Source of the DNA: Mantamonas sphyraenae STR306
Taxonomy: Eukaryota; Protista; CRuMs
Reading direction: 5' to 3'
DNA length: 27,834 nt
Assembly (NCBI GenBank): GCA_026936335.1
Contig: JAPMXV010000065.1
Coordinates: 1-27,834, forward strand
Below the pieces are notes generated by a model. It was not told the DNA's origin. It made no database searches and saw only the letters and a list, made by a program, of their open reading frames with translations. The translations under genes were made by a program, and so were the position numbers. Numbering within the stretch: position 1 is the first letter of the stretch; every line of letters starts with the position of its first letter. This document shows, piece after piece, positions 1 through 11,159 of this stretch.

Positions 1-53
1 GCTTCACCAGCCCAGATCTTGCACACAGCCATGCCAACAGAACCAATCGGGTG

Positions 54-140
54 TTTATCTTCTTTTTGTGTTTGTTTGTGGTTTGTTTTCCTCTTTAGAA
101 AAGAATGGTTGTGGCATTATTTGTTTTTGAATGCCAGGTT
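54..140 (-). promoter_or_regulatory. Conserved histone 3' element, H3 copy
   Basis: Minus strand: AACC-TGGCATT(136-130)-CAAAAACAAAT-AATGCCA(118-112)-CAACCATTCTTTTCTAAAGAGGAAAAC, then GATAAA at 59-54. The hairpin is about 145 nt after the H3 stop. Confidence 0.9.
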
Positions 141-281
141 GTTTGTAGTTTGTTTGTCGAGGGTGCGGCTCCGACGTGCGTGGCTGGGTGGACGACAGCA
201 GGGCTTTGCCCTCGTCCTTCCACACCATCCACCACACCGCCGTCACCAAAATGCACACACTCGAGAGGCCAGGCCGGGCGC

Positions 282-1370
<1,089 letters not shown>

Positions 1371-1426
1371 ACTGCTTGCCCACGTGCAGCAGCTACAGCT
1401 CTTGGTTGTTTCAACCACACACAAAA

Positions 1427-1514
1427 AACCTGGCATTCAAACACAAATAATGCCACAACCCCATTCTTTTCTAAGGAGGAAAACAACCCACAACGAGAGT
1501 GAAAGAGAGATAAA
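1427..1514 (+). promoter_or_regulatory. Conserved histone 3' element, H4 copy
   Basis: AACC-TGGCATT(1431-1437)-CAAACACAAAT-AATGCCA(1449-1455)-CAACCCCATTCTTTTCTAAGGAGGAAAAC, then GATAAA at 1509-1514. The hairpin is 60 nt after the H4 stop. Confidence 0.9.
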
Positions 1515-1785
1515 AACCATGATTTCAGCGAGGGGAAGGAGGAGGAGGAGACGGAGTGACGATGGTGTGTCCACGTCTGCCTTGTGCATTACTTCCCTAC
1601 CTCTCTTCCACGTGTTCACCCTGTCTTCCTCTCCACATGTCTGCGGCCGTGCACAATCTTCGCATCACCACCAGCCACTCCGCACGCCAATCCCCGCAAC
1701 CACCTCGCCCCATCACTCACAAACAACAAGCAAACATCCTCCTCCAACCACACCCCCCTCTCTCTCCCTCTCTCCAATCATCATT

Positions 1786-1868
1786 TTTATCCCCTTTCAC
1801 ACGCGTTCTTGTTTTTCCTCCTTAGAAAAGAGTGGGTTGTGGCATTATTTGTTTTTGAATGCCAGGTT
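1786..1868 (-). promoter_or_regulatory. Conserved histone 3' element, H2A copy
   Basis: Minus strand: AACC-TGGCATT(1864-1858)-CAAAAACAAAT-AATGCCA(1846-1840)-CAACCCACTCTTTTCTAAGGAGGAAAAAC, then GATAAA at 1791-1786. The hairpin is about 190 nt after the H2A stop. Confidence 0.9.
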
Positions 1869-2057
1869 TTTTGCGTTGGTTTGCTGTGGTAGCATGTATG
1901 TGCCTTCCTCTGTGCCAGAACGCCAGGGACCGCCTGTAGACGCCGCTGAGCTTTGCCAGCAGATCGCCCCAGCCGCCCCGTTTGTCCTTTCAAACCACCT
2001 GCCGCTGTACACAGCTGCAGATGGCCCGCATCAGAGTCCGTTCACACCTGTGCCGAT

Positions 2058-2426
2058 TTACTCGTCCTTCTTGGTCTTGGACGGCAGGAGCACGGCGTGG
2101 ATGTTGGGCAGCACACCACCCTGAGCGATGGTCACGTCGCCCAGCAGCTTGTTCAGCTCCTCGTCGTTGCGCACAGCCAGCTGGATGTGGCGCGGCACAA
2201 TACGCTTGCGCTTGTTGTCTCGCGAAGCGTTGCCAGCCAGCTCCAGGATCTCAGCCGTCAGGTACTCCAGCACAGCGGCCAGGTACACGGGGGCGCCAGC
2301 GCCGATGCGCGCGGCGAAGCGGCCGTTGCGCAGGTGGCGGTGCACACGACCGACCGGGAACTGCAGACCAGCCTTGCTGGAACGCGAGCGGCCTTGAGCC
2401 GCAGCCTTGGAAGTCTTCTTTGCCAT
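2058..2426 (-). CDS. H2A: Histone H2A
   Basis: ATG at 2426; MAKKTSK...[14 protein letters not shown]...[12 protein letters not shown]...[21 protein letters not shown] (122 aa). Confidence 0.98.
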   Translation of the reverse strand: MAKKTSKAAAQGRSRSSKAGLQFPVGRVHRHLRNGRFAARIGAGAPVYLAAVLEYLTAEILELAGNASRDNKRKRIVPRHIQLAVRNDEELNKLLGDVTIAQGGVLPNIHAVLLPSKTKKDE

Positions 2427-2784
2427 TATGTAGGTTGTTGAAACGGGTAGGTTTGGGTTGGGATGTGCGGCGCCTGGTTGGTTCATCGCGTATTTGTACA
2501 CCTGGAAATCTGCGTGTGCGGTGGGCTGTCCAAAACGGGAATCCCGCCAACCTCGCTTTCCCCCCGCATGCCCTCCACACGCGTTCCCACCTCCCACACA
2601 CACCCATCCTACCCACTACACATCCCATAACACCCCATGCACCCCTTCACACAATCATCATACCCGCACACATCCCACAGTGAAGTTCCTGCACTGGCGG
2701 TGGGTGCACGTATACTAGTACCGATGCGCGCCAAAAGCCCCACACCGCCCAACCCATCCCCAACAAGGAACACTACCCATCAAA
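2427..2784. promoter_or_regulatory. Bidirectional H2A/H2B promoter region
   Basis: Head-to-head genes. Contains AATCCCGCCAA (2540-2550) and GCGCGCCAAAA (2726-2736; reverse complement TTTTGGCGCGC, E2F-like). Confidence 0.7.
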
Positions 2785-3123
2785 ATGGCAAAGAAGGCAG
2801 GCAAGTCTGTACGAAAGAACGACGACAGCAAGCGTCGCAAGCGCCGCGTGGAGACCTACTCCTCGTACATCTACAAGGTGCTGAAGCAGGTGCACCCGGA
2901 CACCGGTATCTCCAACCGCGCCATGTCCATCATGAACTCGTTCATCAACGACACCTTTGAGCGCATCGCCAACGAGGCTTCTCGTCTGGCCAAGGCCAAC
3001 CGCAAGAGCACCATCTCGAGCCGAGAGATCCAGACCGCTGTGCGTCTGCTCCTCCCGGGAGAGCTGGCCAAGCACGCCGTCAGCGAGGGCACCAAGGCCG
3101 TCACCAAGTACACCCAGGCATAA
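2785..3123 (+). CDS. H2B: Histone H2B
   Basis: 112-aa ORF with [21 protein letters not shown]...[14 protein letters not shown]. Confidence 0.99.
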   Translation: MAKKAGKSVRKNDDSKRRKRRVETYSSYIYKVLKQVHPDTGISNRAMSIMNSFINDTFERIANEASRLAKANRKSTISSREIQTAVRLLLPGELAKHAVSEGTKAVTKYTQA

Positions 3124-3246
3124 ACAGCTTGTTGGTGTGTGAGGACCAGTGACCTGTATTGCACGGCCACTGCGACGCACCTACCCTCGTGCAACGGAGG
3201 CGGGTGAACAACAACATCCGCCCTCGCGGCACACAAAAAACACAAA

Positions 3247-3329
3247 AACCTGGCATTCAAAACACAAATAATGCCACAACCCATTCTTTTCTAAAGAGGA
3301 AAACACCCCTTCTGTGTACCAACGATAAA
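3247..3329 (+). promoter_or_regulatory. Conserved histone 3' element, H2B copy
   Basis: AACC-TGGCATT(3251-3257)-CAAAACACAAAT-AATGCCA(3270-3276)-CAACCCATTCTTTTCTAAAGAGGAAAAC, then GATAAA at 3324-3329. The hairpin is about 127 nt after the H2B stop. Confidence 0.9.
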
Positions 3330-3424
3330 CCGTTCCACCCCCTCTCAACACCACGCTCTCTTGCACACCAAACCCCAACCGACAATTCCCGTTCCCCATT
3401 TCCCAAACCATGCTTCCATTTCCG

Positions 3425-5117
3425 TCACCCTTCGATCTCCACAACATCCTCATCTGCTGCAACCTCCTTGCCCTTTCCATCTTTGTCGTCCTCCTCCTTG
3501 TCAACACCCCCCACGCTCTGCGTGATGGCCATCCCCAGCGACTCCTCGCTTCCGTCCCCAAACATGCCCGAAAAGTCCAGCACCGTGATGTCGTACAGAT
3601 CATCGCTTCCCTGCTTGCCTCCAAACAGCCAGATCTGGTTGCCCACCACGTTCGCAGTGTGGCCGTGGCGTCCCGGACGGTGCACCCCGCCCACAGGCAG
3701 CGAGATCCAGCGGTTGTTGGCCAGGTCGGCAAACGCCACCTTGTCCTCTTCAAAGAAGCGACCCTGGCCACCCACATACACAGCCACGGGCTCAAACAGC
3801 GATGCAGTGGCCATGCTGCGTGCGCTGAAGCCTGGAGCGTTGGACAAGCCCAAGGGACCCTCCCACGCCTTGGTGTCCACGTTGTATGCCCAGGCATCAA
3901 ACAAGTACTCGTACATGGTGCCAAGGAGCATGGGGCGCACGCCGCCGGTGACCACCACCTTGCCGTCGTACAGCACGGCGGTGTGGTTGTAGAAGGGTTC
4001 CGGCACCACCGCGTCCTCCTCCACGTGTGCCATTGTCCACGTGTGGCTGTTCACGTCCAACAGATACACGTCGTTAAAGACATTCTTGCTGTCGGCGCCA
4101 CCAATCACAATCAGCGAGGTGCCGTCGGGCGACAACGTTGCGGTGTGGCCGTAGCGCGGCGACGGGTAGTTGCCACTGGTCTCCACACGTGTCCACATCA
4201 TGCTGCTGGGGTCCAGAGTGTACACGTCGCTGGACGCCTCCTGTCGCTCCTTGGTGGCCACCTTGCCACCAAACACGTAGATCAGATCGCCCACAAGCGT
4301 GGCGGTGTGCTCTGCCATCGGGGGCGGCACGTCACCACAGCTCTCCTGGCGTGTCCAGGTGCTGCTCTCAATGTCCAGCTGGTACACCGTGTTTGTCGTC
4401 TCCTCGTCCACGCCCCGGCGTCCGCCAAACACCACCAGCGAATCACCCACCTTGGTGCACGTGTGCTCGCTCACGGGCGGCGGGTTCATGCCGCTCGTCT
4501 TGACCAGCTGCCATCGGATGCGTGCCTCCTGGAATGCCTTGTCCGCCTCTGCCTTCTCCGACTCTGGAATCACCGTAAACTCGTCCTGACCCTCGCCCTG
4601 CGACGACGACGCCCCGCTCGCACCGCTCTCCACCTCCTCCTCGTCGTCCGACACGTACAGGTCGCCGTTCGGGGCAAAGCCGTAGTACGCTGTACAGTGT
4701 GTGGCGTGTTGTGCGATCCCCTGCGTGTCAGCCTGTGCGTCCACACCCCGTCGCTGAGCACAGTTTGCACGGGCCCTCTCGCGCTGCCCACGCTCCCAAA
4801 AAAGCTTCGCCTCGTTCCCGCCCCTCGCTCACTTGGGCCTTACCCTTGGTGAAGTACGCGTCGCCCGGAATCAGCGGGATGTCTGTGTAGCCCGTGAGGA
4901 AGTTGACTGGGATGGCGATGCGGTTCACGTCGCGCAGGAGCACTTCGTTGCCCAGGTTCTGCTTCACCTCCAGCTTCAGCTCCTCGTTCAGCTCAAACGT
5001 CTTCCCGTTCACCGTCACCGTCTGCACTTCAGCCTGCTCCTCGATCTGCGTGTCACCTGTTCATGTGTGTGCGTGTGTGTCCGTGTACATGTCAGTTGCC
5101 CCCCCACCCCCCGTCAT
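3425..5117 (-). CDS. Kelch-repeat beta-propeller protein with an uncharacterised N-terminal extension
   Basis: Kelch repeats (HTCTKVGDSLVVFGG, HTATLVGDLIYVFGG, RYGHTATL, RHGHTANVVGNQIWLFGG). A phase-0 intron 4832-4721 (GTGAGC...GCTGACACGCAG) joins the upstream exon 5045-4833 in frame. The first exon and start codon (ATG at 5117?) are uncertain. Confidence 0.85.
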
Positions 5118-5206
5118 GGTGTGCGTGGTTTGGTGTGGTGCAAAACCCACTCATCGCTGTCGTTTTGTGTGGTTGCCCCATCGTTCATTTTTCTTGGTCT
5201 TGCGTC

Positions 5207-6478
5207 TCATCCACCCTGTGTCTGCAGCAACATGATCTGTGTCCTTCCCTCGAGCACACGCTTGTGCCACTCGCTCTCGTACATGTCCATGAAGGAGGCG
5301 CGAGTGTCCTTGATGTCCAACAGGGTCATCTGCTTCGTGTCCCTGCCCATGTCCAGCACCACCAGCTTCACGTTGATGTTCTTCAACGCCCCCAGCTTGG
5401 CCAGCTGCGCCATGCGTGCAGGTGTGCCCACCACAATGCCCACCGGCTGCTTCAGCGCCTCCACTTGCTCCTGCACCTTGATGTGTCGTGCAAACAGCTT
5501 GTGCACACGCGTGCGCCTGTGCATCTCCGACAGTGCCTTGTACACTTCGATGCAACGCAGTGCAGACGGGCACACAACAACCACGGCCGGCGCTCCAAAC
5601 TTGCCCTCCTTCTTCTTTGCCCTCTTGCTCTTGTTGGCCTCCTCCGCCTCCTTCTGGCTGCGTGCGTACGCCGACTGCTGCGAATCCATCCCTCCTCCTC
5701 CTCCTTCCCTCCTCCTCCTCCTCCTGCCTTGCGTTTGCCTCCAGCCTTGACACGCGCCGCCTCTTCGATTTCACTCTGATTTGCTTCGTACTGCCAATTG
5801 CCCGGACACAACACCTTGGCCCACTTCTTGCCAAAGTAGTCTTTGAGCACGTCGCCAAACCGTTCAAACTGGTGCATGCTCGGATCCTTCACCACAGCAA
5901 ACGCTTTGGCGTCAAACTTTTTGTCGTCATTGCTGCTGCTGCTGCTGCTGGCTCCTTCTGCCTCACCATCCTCTCCCAGCCACGGCACTTTTGATCCTTC
6001 CAATGGCTTTGTTTTCACCACGGCGTAGCTGGCCGCAAAGAAGTGGGCCAGCGCATCGGGCATCTCCCCAAGCTGCGCAAAGTCCAGCGCCTCCCTCGCT
6101 TCCTGCTTCTTGCCCTTCTTCTTCTTCTTCTTCTTCCTCTTCTGTGCTCCATCCACCCCGTTACACGCCAGCCACGTGTGAGTGAGCGAGGGTGTGTGTG
6201 TGTCCGCGTGTCAGCTTGGGATGTTTCTGTCCGGTCCGCCTGGATGTCGCATGTTCCGCCCTTGCCCACACATCGTCTCGTACGCGCCCAGAACACACGT
6301 CCCCACCCTTTCCCACATGGCCACCCACCTTTTTCTGTGGCTCCTGGCCCTCATCGCCCTCTACAGCTTCCTCCTGCAGCAGCAGCTCGTCCCCGCCCAA
6401 GTCGTCGCCGCCACTCTCGCCTTCCACCTCTGCCGTCACACTGCCGGCTTCCAATGCCTCCAGGTCCCGTTTTGACAT
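5207..6478 (-). CDS. CMSS1: CMS1/CMSS1 small-subunit processome factor (helicase-like half domain)
   Basis: Exon 1 6478-6329 has GDDL; intron 6328-6142. C-terminal motifs VVCPSALRC, KLFARHIKVQEQ, VGTPARM and VVLD..D.KQMTLLDI. There is an apparent 1-nt frame break in the GGA repeat at about 5690-5725. Confidence 0.85.
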
Positions 6479-6577
6479 GCTTCTTCACTGGCTACTCGGA
6501 CACAGGAAACGTTTTGGTTTGTTTTGGCTGGGCCTGAGTCATGCCTCCATTCGCTGACCTGCGCCCCCACTCACCCA

Positions 6578-8182
6578 TCACCCAAACAGTTTGCTGACGA
6601 ATCCCTTCACGCCTGTCAATTCACCCACTTTGGCCTGTTCGGCGACGTACACAAGCGTGTTGGCGACGAGGAGAGTGGTATCCAGACCCGGTTCGTGACC
6701 CAACACTTTGTGTGCCTCCCTGCTGACTGGGTACAGGTTGAGTAGCACGGTGGTGTACGTGTCCATCCCGGCCTTGTTCTCCAGGGCCAGGATCTCGCCG
6801 TCGTCGCTGTGGGCAATCACACGTGCCCCTTTCAACGCACGCACACCCCCGTACGCGTACGCATTCCCCGACGAGTGGCAGTACACATCCTTAAAGATGG
6901 GATGATCGATGTGTTTGCTGCCGTGTTTGATCCCGCTGTGTTGCTGTGAATTCGTGTGTCCCGGCGTGAACCCGCTCAGCCCCTTTTTCATGAAGCGGCC
7001 CTTGGGAGCGTACTCCGAAAACGCCACACAGCCGCACACCACCACTCCTCCATGTCCTTCCTGCAGGTAGTCAGCCAGCAGGTCTCCTATCCCGTCTGGG
7101 AAGCTATCGCTGTGGAAATCGTTGTACACAAGCAAGGCATCGAACGACTCCACGACTGGCAGCTCTGCCATGCGTTTGCAGTCAAACAGGGTCAGATCCA
7201 GCTCCATGCGTCCGTGCTCTCTGCTCACCCTCCGCAGCTTCTCCTTCAGTTCTGCAAACTCTGCAGCTGCCGTCTCTTCCAATTGCACGCACGTGAGCAC
7301 AGCAACACGCACTGTACCAGGCTCCCACAGACAATCCACTCCACCGCCACCGCCACCTCCTCGTGTCGACCATGACGAGCTACTGCTACTGCTACTACTG
7401 CTGCTGCTGGACGAGGATGAGGATGATCCTCCTCCCAGCCCCAGGATGCCTCGAAGGCCACCCTTCTCTGTGCCCATGGACACCATGTCGGTGGTGTTTG
7501 TCTGTAGTGCCGCCTGCACAATGCAGTTGCTGATCAGCGTGTCCGCATCGCCGACGGGACTGTACCCGAGCGCGGAATCGACTTCACTAGACACCGGATA
7601 CAGGTTGACAAAGTAGCAGGCGCCCCCATGCGCCATGTACTTGCGTGTCACCAATGGTGTACGTTCGTCCACGTCCGATACCGCCAGGACGGTGGCCCCC
7701 TTGGCTGCTCGGGCCTTGTACAGGAGCAGGTTGCCAACATCCACTTCGTGTACTTCCTGAAACACCGCATCGTCGCACAGCTTCCTCATTCCGCTGTGTC
7801 GACTGCTCACATTGCCCGTCTTTGTGTCGAATGGAAGGTAGGCACTGTACATCACAGGCCATACGAGTGCGTACTCGGGTTGCGAGCAGCAGGCAAAGAA
7901 CACCACCGACACCGCACTGTCCAGCGCCGTGCCCACATACTCACACAACGCGTCCATGTCCATCCATGCGTCCTGGTAGTGAGTAAAGATGGCCAAACAG
8001 TCATAGTCGATGCTTGTGGGCAGCTGCCCCATTGTCGAGACGTCGAAACAGGACACCTCAAGCCTCCACTGCAGCTCCGCTTCGCTCTTGGACAGCAACA
8101 TCCCCTTGAGCGCCTCTGCATGCTCCAAACTCTCTCCAGACGCCACCGACGCAAGGATGGCCACCCGAAGAACCAGTGGCAT
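6578..8182 (-). CDS. Uncharacterised protein with two tandem class-I glutamine-amidotransferase-like domains joined by a poly-Ser/Gly linker
   Basis: Intronless ORF (alternative ATG at 8245). The internal duplication is visible directly: RVAIL/RVAVL, AKGATVLA/LKGARVIA, VNLYPVS/LNLYPVS, TLISNC/LLVANT. The fold assignment is from recall. Confidence 0.7.
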   Translation of the reverse strand: MPLVLRVAILASVASGESLEHAEALKGMLLSKSEAELQWRLEVSCFDVSTMGQLPTSIDYDCLAIFTHYQDAWMDMDALCEYVGTALDSAVSVVFFACCSQPEYALVWPVMYSAYLPFDTKTGNVSSRHSGMRKLCDDAVFQEVHEVDVGNLLLYKARAAKGATVLAVSDVDERTPLVTRKYMAHGGACYFVNLYPVSSEVDSALGYSPVGDADTLISNCIVQAALQTNTTDMVSMGTEKGGLRGILGLGGGSSSSSSSSSSSSSSSSSSWSTRGGGGGGGVDCLWEPGTVRVAVLTCVQLEETAAAEFAELKEKLRRVSREHGRMELDLTLFDCKRMAELPVVESFDALLVYNDFHSDSFPDGIGDLLADYLQEGHGGVVVCGCVAFSEYAPKGRFMKKGLSGFTPGHTNSQQHSGIKHGSKHIDHPIFKDVYCHSSGNAYAYGGVRALKGARVIAHSDDGEILALENKAGMDTYTTVLLNLYPVSREAHKVLGHEPGLDTTLLVANTLVYVAEQAKVGELTGVKGFVSKLFG

Positions 8183-8343
8183 CGCGTGTGGTCGTTTGTT
8201 TGGCCTTTCCGGCGCCGTTTGGTGATGTGAACCCCATCCACGCATGAACGATGAGCTTCCATTCCTTCGTCTCTCTTCCACGCTTGCTCTCCCTTTTTCT
8301 CTCTCTCTCTCTTCTCTCTCTTCTCTGTGCCTCTGTTGGCCCT

Positions 8344-9576
8344 TCAGAACGAGTCACTGTAGTCACCTTCGGCCCCAAGCACCCACTTGGCTGCCTCGTA
8401 GATGCTCCAGCTGAGCGCAGCAGCGGGGGCATTGTACACCACACGAGGCGTCATGCCCTTGGTGAATGCCATCCAGCCTTCGCTGGCCTGGATCTCCCTG
8501 GCTGTGGACAGGAAGCCTCTGTACGTGTGTGCTTCCACCACAGACCGTCCCAGCACTCCCCTGCTGCTCACTTGCGTCTGCAGTCGTGTCTTGATCACAT
8601 CAAATGGCGTCGTCACAGCTCCGGCTGCTGCTCCAGCCACCATGCCTGCAATAAAATGGTTCACCGGCGTAAACTCCCCGGTCTCCTGTGAGGCCGCCGT
8701 GTGTGTGAGTTTCTCTCCCTGGACCCACACACACACTCACACACCACCCACACACACAGAAATCGAGGGCATGCGTGTCGCGCAATCCTGGTGCGGGTTC
8801 CACGATGACCCGATTCTGCACACGCGGTCTCATGGCGTGCTGGGTGAGGGACCAAACTTACCGCGTCCACATTCAAGCGAGCTTTGACAAGTTCGTACAT
8901 GGCAAACTGGGCGCTGAGGTAGGGCACATTCATGGTGAGGGTGGTTGGGTAGGAGCGCCAAAAGGCAGTGATGCCCTCGTTGGCCAGCACAGCGCGTGCA
9001 CATTGGAACACCGAGGTGTAGGGCGAGCCAGGCAGTTGCAGCCGCTGCTTGACCATGTCTGCGGGCGTCATCAATGCCTCACTGATCACCGTGGCCACGC
9101 CTGCGCTCGTTGCAATATGTACAGAATTCTCCGCGTCTCCCAGGGCCTTGCAGTACTCGTAGGTCATAAAGTACATGGCGTGTGACGGCGCTGCCCCCAA
9201 TGCAGCTGCCCCCACGCCTCGCCACAGGCTCGTCACGCCTTCCCGCTGGCCAATGCGCACCAGTGCCTTCAGCAGCGGGACCCGCGATGCCCGGTTGCTA
9301 ACCATGGTTTGTGTGCGCGTCTGTGCTCTTCCGTGTCAGCCTGCAGCCGCCGCGGAGGAGTGATCACCCGGCTGGGGGGGTGGTTGAAATCTCCACTCTT
9401 CGGCTCCTCGCCGGAAAGAAAAAGTTTAGCGGCCCCGTCCGCGACACTTGCACGTGCACACCCACCTTGATCATGTCCACAGGCAACATGATGCAATGCT
9501 CGCCCACTCCGGCCGCCGCCCCGGCCACCATGTGCTTCAGTTCCAGCACACCAAACAGGTTCTCGCGTTGAGACAT
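8344..9576 (-). CDS. Mitochondrial carrier, mitoferrin/MRS3-MRS4-like
   Basis: Exons 9576-9466, 9320-8862, 8685-8344. Three PxDxxKxR motifs (PVDMIK|TR, PADMVKQR, PFDVIKTR), plus GAAPSHAMYF and SYPTTLTMNVPY as in mitoferrins. Confidence 0.9.
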
Positions 9577-9638
9577 CAGCGTGGCTCCGTCTGCGCCGCC
9601 GTTCCCATCCCAACAATCCCCCCTGTGCAAACTTGTGC

Positions 9639-9640
<2 letters not shown>

Positions 9641-9670
<30 letters not shown>
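9641..9670. repeat. (CA)15 microsatellite in the 98-nt divergent intergenic region
   Basis: Direct reading; ends 4 nt before the ATG at 9675. Confidence 0.95.
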
Positions 9671-9671
<1 letters not shown>

Positions 9672-9674
9672 GCA

Positions 9675-11033
9675 ATGGGACGAAGACAACGAAAGAACCA
9701 AAAGGCATCCTCGGTGGACCCTCGCACAGTGCCCATTGATTTCCTGCGTCACTGCCGCGACGCAGAAAAGGACGACGTGAGGCCATTCTTCCCCGTCATG
9801 CTGCCCCAACCCCAGCGAGAAAGCGAAACACGCGGAGGCAGCGTGCGCTGGAAGTGGGATCGTGTGCCCGAGGCCACAGAGGAGCAGTTGCTGGCACTCG
9901 TCAGCCACGCCAGCAATGCCGTCAAGAAGATGGAGCCCGTGTTTATGCGTGAACGCCAGGATGACATGCGTCTCCTGGCCAACGGAGTGTTGAAGAGTGC
10001 ACGTCTTGCCCAGGCGCTGGAGGAGGGTACAGTGGCGTCGGTGAGCGGGTCGGTGAAGATCGACGGTAGCAACAGCAGTGTGCAGCTCATCGACAGCCGT
10101 TTGGTCGACGAGGGTGCTGAACCCGAGGACGATGCGTTGGCCGACGCCGTCGACGCCCCGGGCTTGTCTGTGTACAACGAAGACGCAGACAAGACGGATC
10201 GCGTTTTTCTGATGGCTCGACACGAGGTACACGTCCGGTCCGACCGAAAGGACAAGGCACGCGCCATCAAGAACGCACAAGAGGTGAACGAGACGCCGCA
10301 GGAGATGTTGGAGAGGTCTGACTTCAACAACCCTCCCGTAGATGACAACGGGCGCACATACCTGCACGGGCAGCGAGTGTACCAGGTGCAAGGGGACATG
10401 GAACAGGCGCATTGGTACTTCAACCGTCCCATGGTCTATGAGGACAAGCCCAACAAGCACGCCATCCAGTTTGATGGCGATGGCAATCCGAGTCGCATCC
10501 TGCTGCTGCTGCCGCTGTCACGCACCCAGGCAGACGAACTGATGGAAGCGTCCATGACATCGTCAACCACCGAAGAAAGCAGCAGCAGCAACAGCAGCAG
10601 CAACAGCAATGGCAATGACAATGGCAATGCGGACAACGAGGACGACAAGCCTGGATGGATGATGGTGGAGAACCAGGAGAGCAAGGCAAACGACCAGGTG
10701 CTAGTTTTGCACTCCGTCGATCTGGTCCAATTGGCAAAGCACATGCAAGCAGCAGGTGTCGATCGTCTCTCCATCGAGTTGGTGTCCACACGGGGCTCGC
10801 AGAGCAAGCAGGGTCAGTGGTACTATGGAGACTGGGAGGCTGCCCACGACTACTTTGTGCCCCACGGCGCCCTGGACCTGCCCGAGCCGCTTCCAGAGAC
10901 ACCCAGCGAGGCCCTGGATCTGGACTTTCTCAAACAATACCTTGCACGCTGGAACATCGAAGGCATCGTGTTCAAGGTCACCTACGATGACAACAGCGTG
11001 GAGTATTGCAAGATCACACAGCACATGGTCTGA
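9675..11033 (+). CDS. RLIG1: ATP-dependent RNA ligase, RLIG1/C12orf29-like
   Basis: Intronless. Nucleotidyltransferase motif I KIDG (10056-10067), ARH, IELV, FVPHG, IEGIVF and a terminal CKI. Also KKMEPVF and PVDDNG, collinear with human C12orf29 as recalled. Confidence 0.75.
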   Translation: MGRRQRKNQKASSVDPRTVPIDFLRHCRDAEKDDVRPFFPVMLPQPQRESETRGGSVRWKWDRVPEATEEQLLALVSHASNAVKKMEPVFMRERQDDMRLLANGVLKSARLAQALEEGTVASVSGSVKIDGSNSSVQLIDSRLVDEGAEPEDDALADAVDAPGLSVYNEDADKTDRVFLMARHEVHVRSDRKDKARAIKNAQEVNETPQEMLERSDFNNPPVDDNGRTYLHGQRVYQVQGDMEQAHWYFNRPMVYEDKPNKHAIQFDGDGNPSRILLLLPLSRTQADELMEASMTSSTTEESSSSNSSSNSNGNDNGNADNEDDKPGWMMVENQESKANDQVLVLHSVDLVQLAKHMQAAGVDRLSIELVSTRGSQSKQGQWYYGDWEAAHDYFVPHGALDLPEPLPETPSEALDLDFLKQYLARWNIEGIVFKVTYDDNSVEYCKITQHMV

Positions 11034-11159
11034 GGAGGTTCGTCACAATACAGCCACAAGGTAAACGTGCAACCGCATCGTCTTTGGTCGGGGTGCCAGT
11101 GGGGTGAGCAGGGAAGGGTGTTTGCGCAGACGAAGCCAAAACAACACCCCACGCCGCCG

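Noticed and set aside
1490-1785. Search for a U7-like snRNA gene between H4 and H2A
   Set aside because: I found no element-complementary segment with an Sm-like site. The only complements seen are the antisense strands of the elements themselves.
6182-6475. Hydrophobic small ORF on the plus strand (MATHLFLWLL...)
   Set aside because: It is the antisense of acidic CMS1 exon 1, which splices in frame.
5207-6478. Calling the frame-broken genes pseudogenes
   Set aside because: Motifs, splice sites and long ORFs are intact on both sides of each break, with no other decay.
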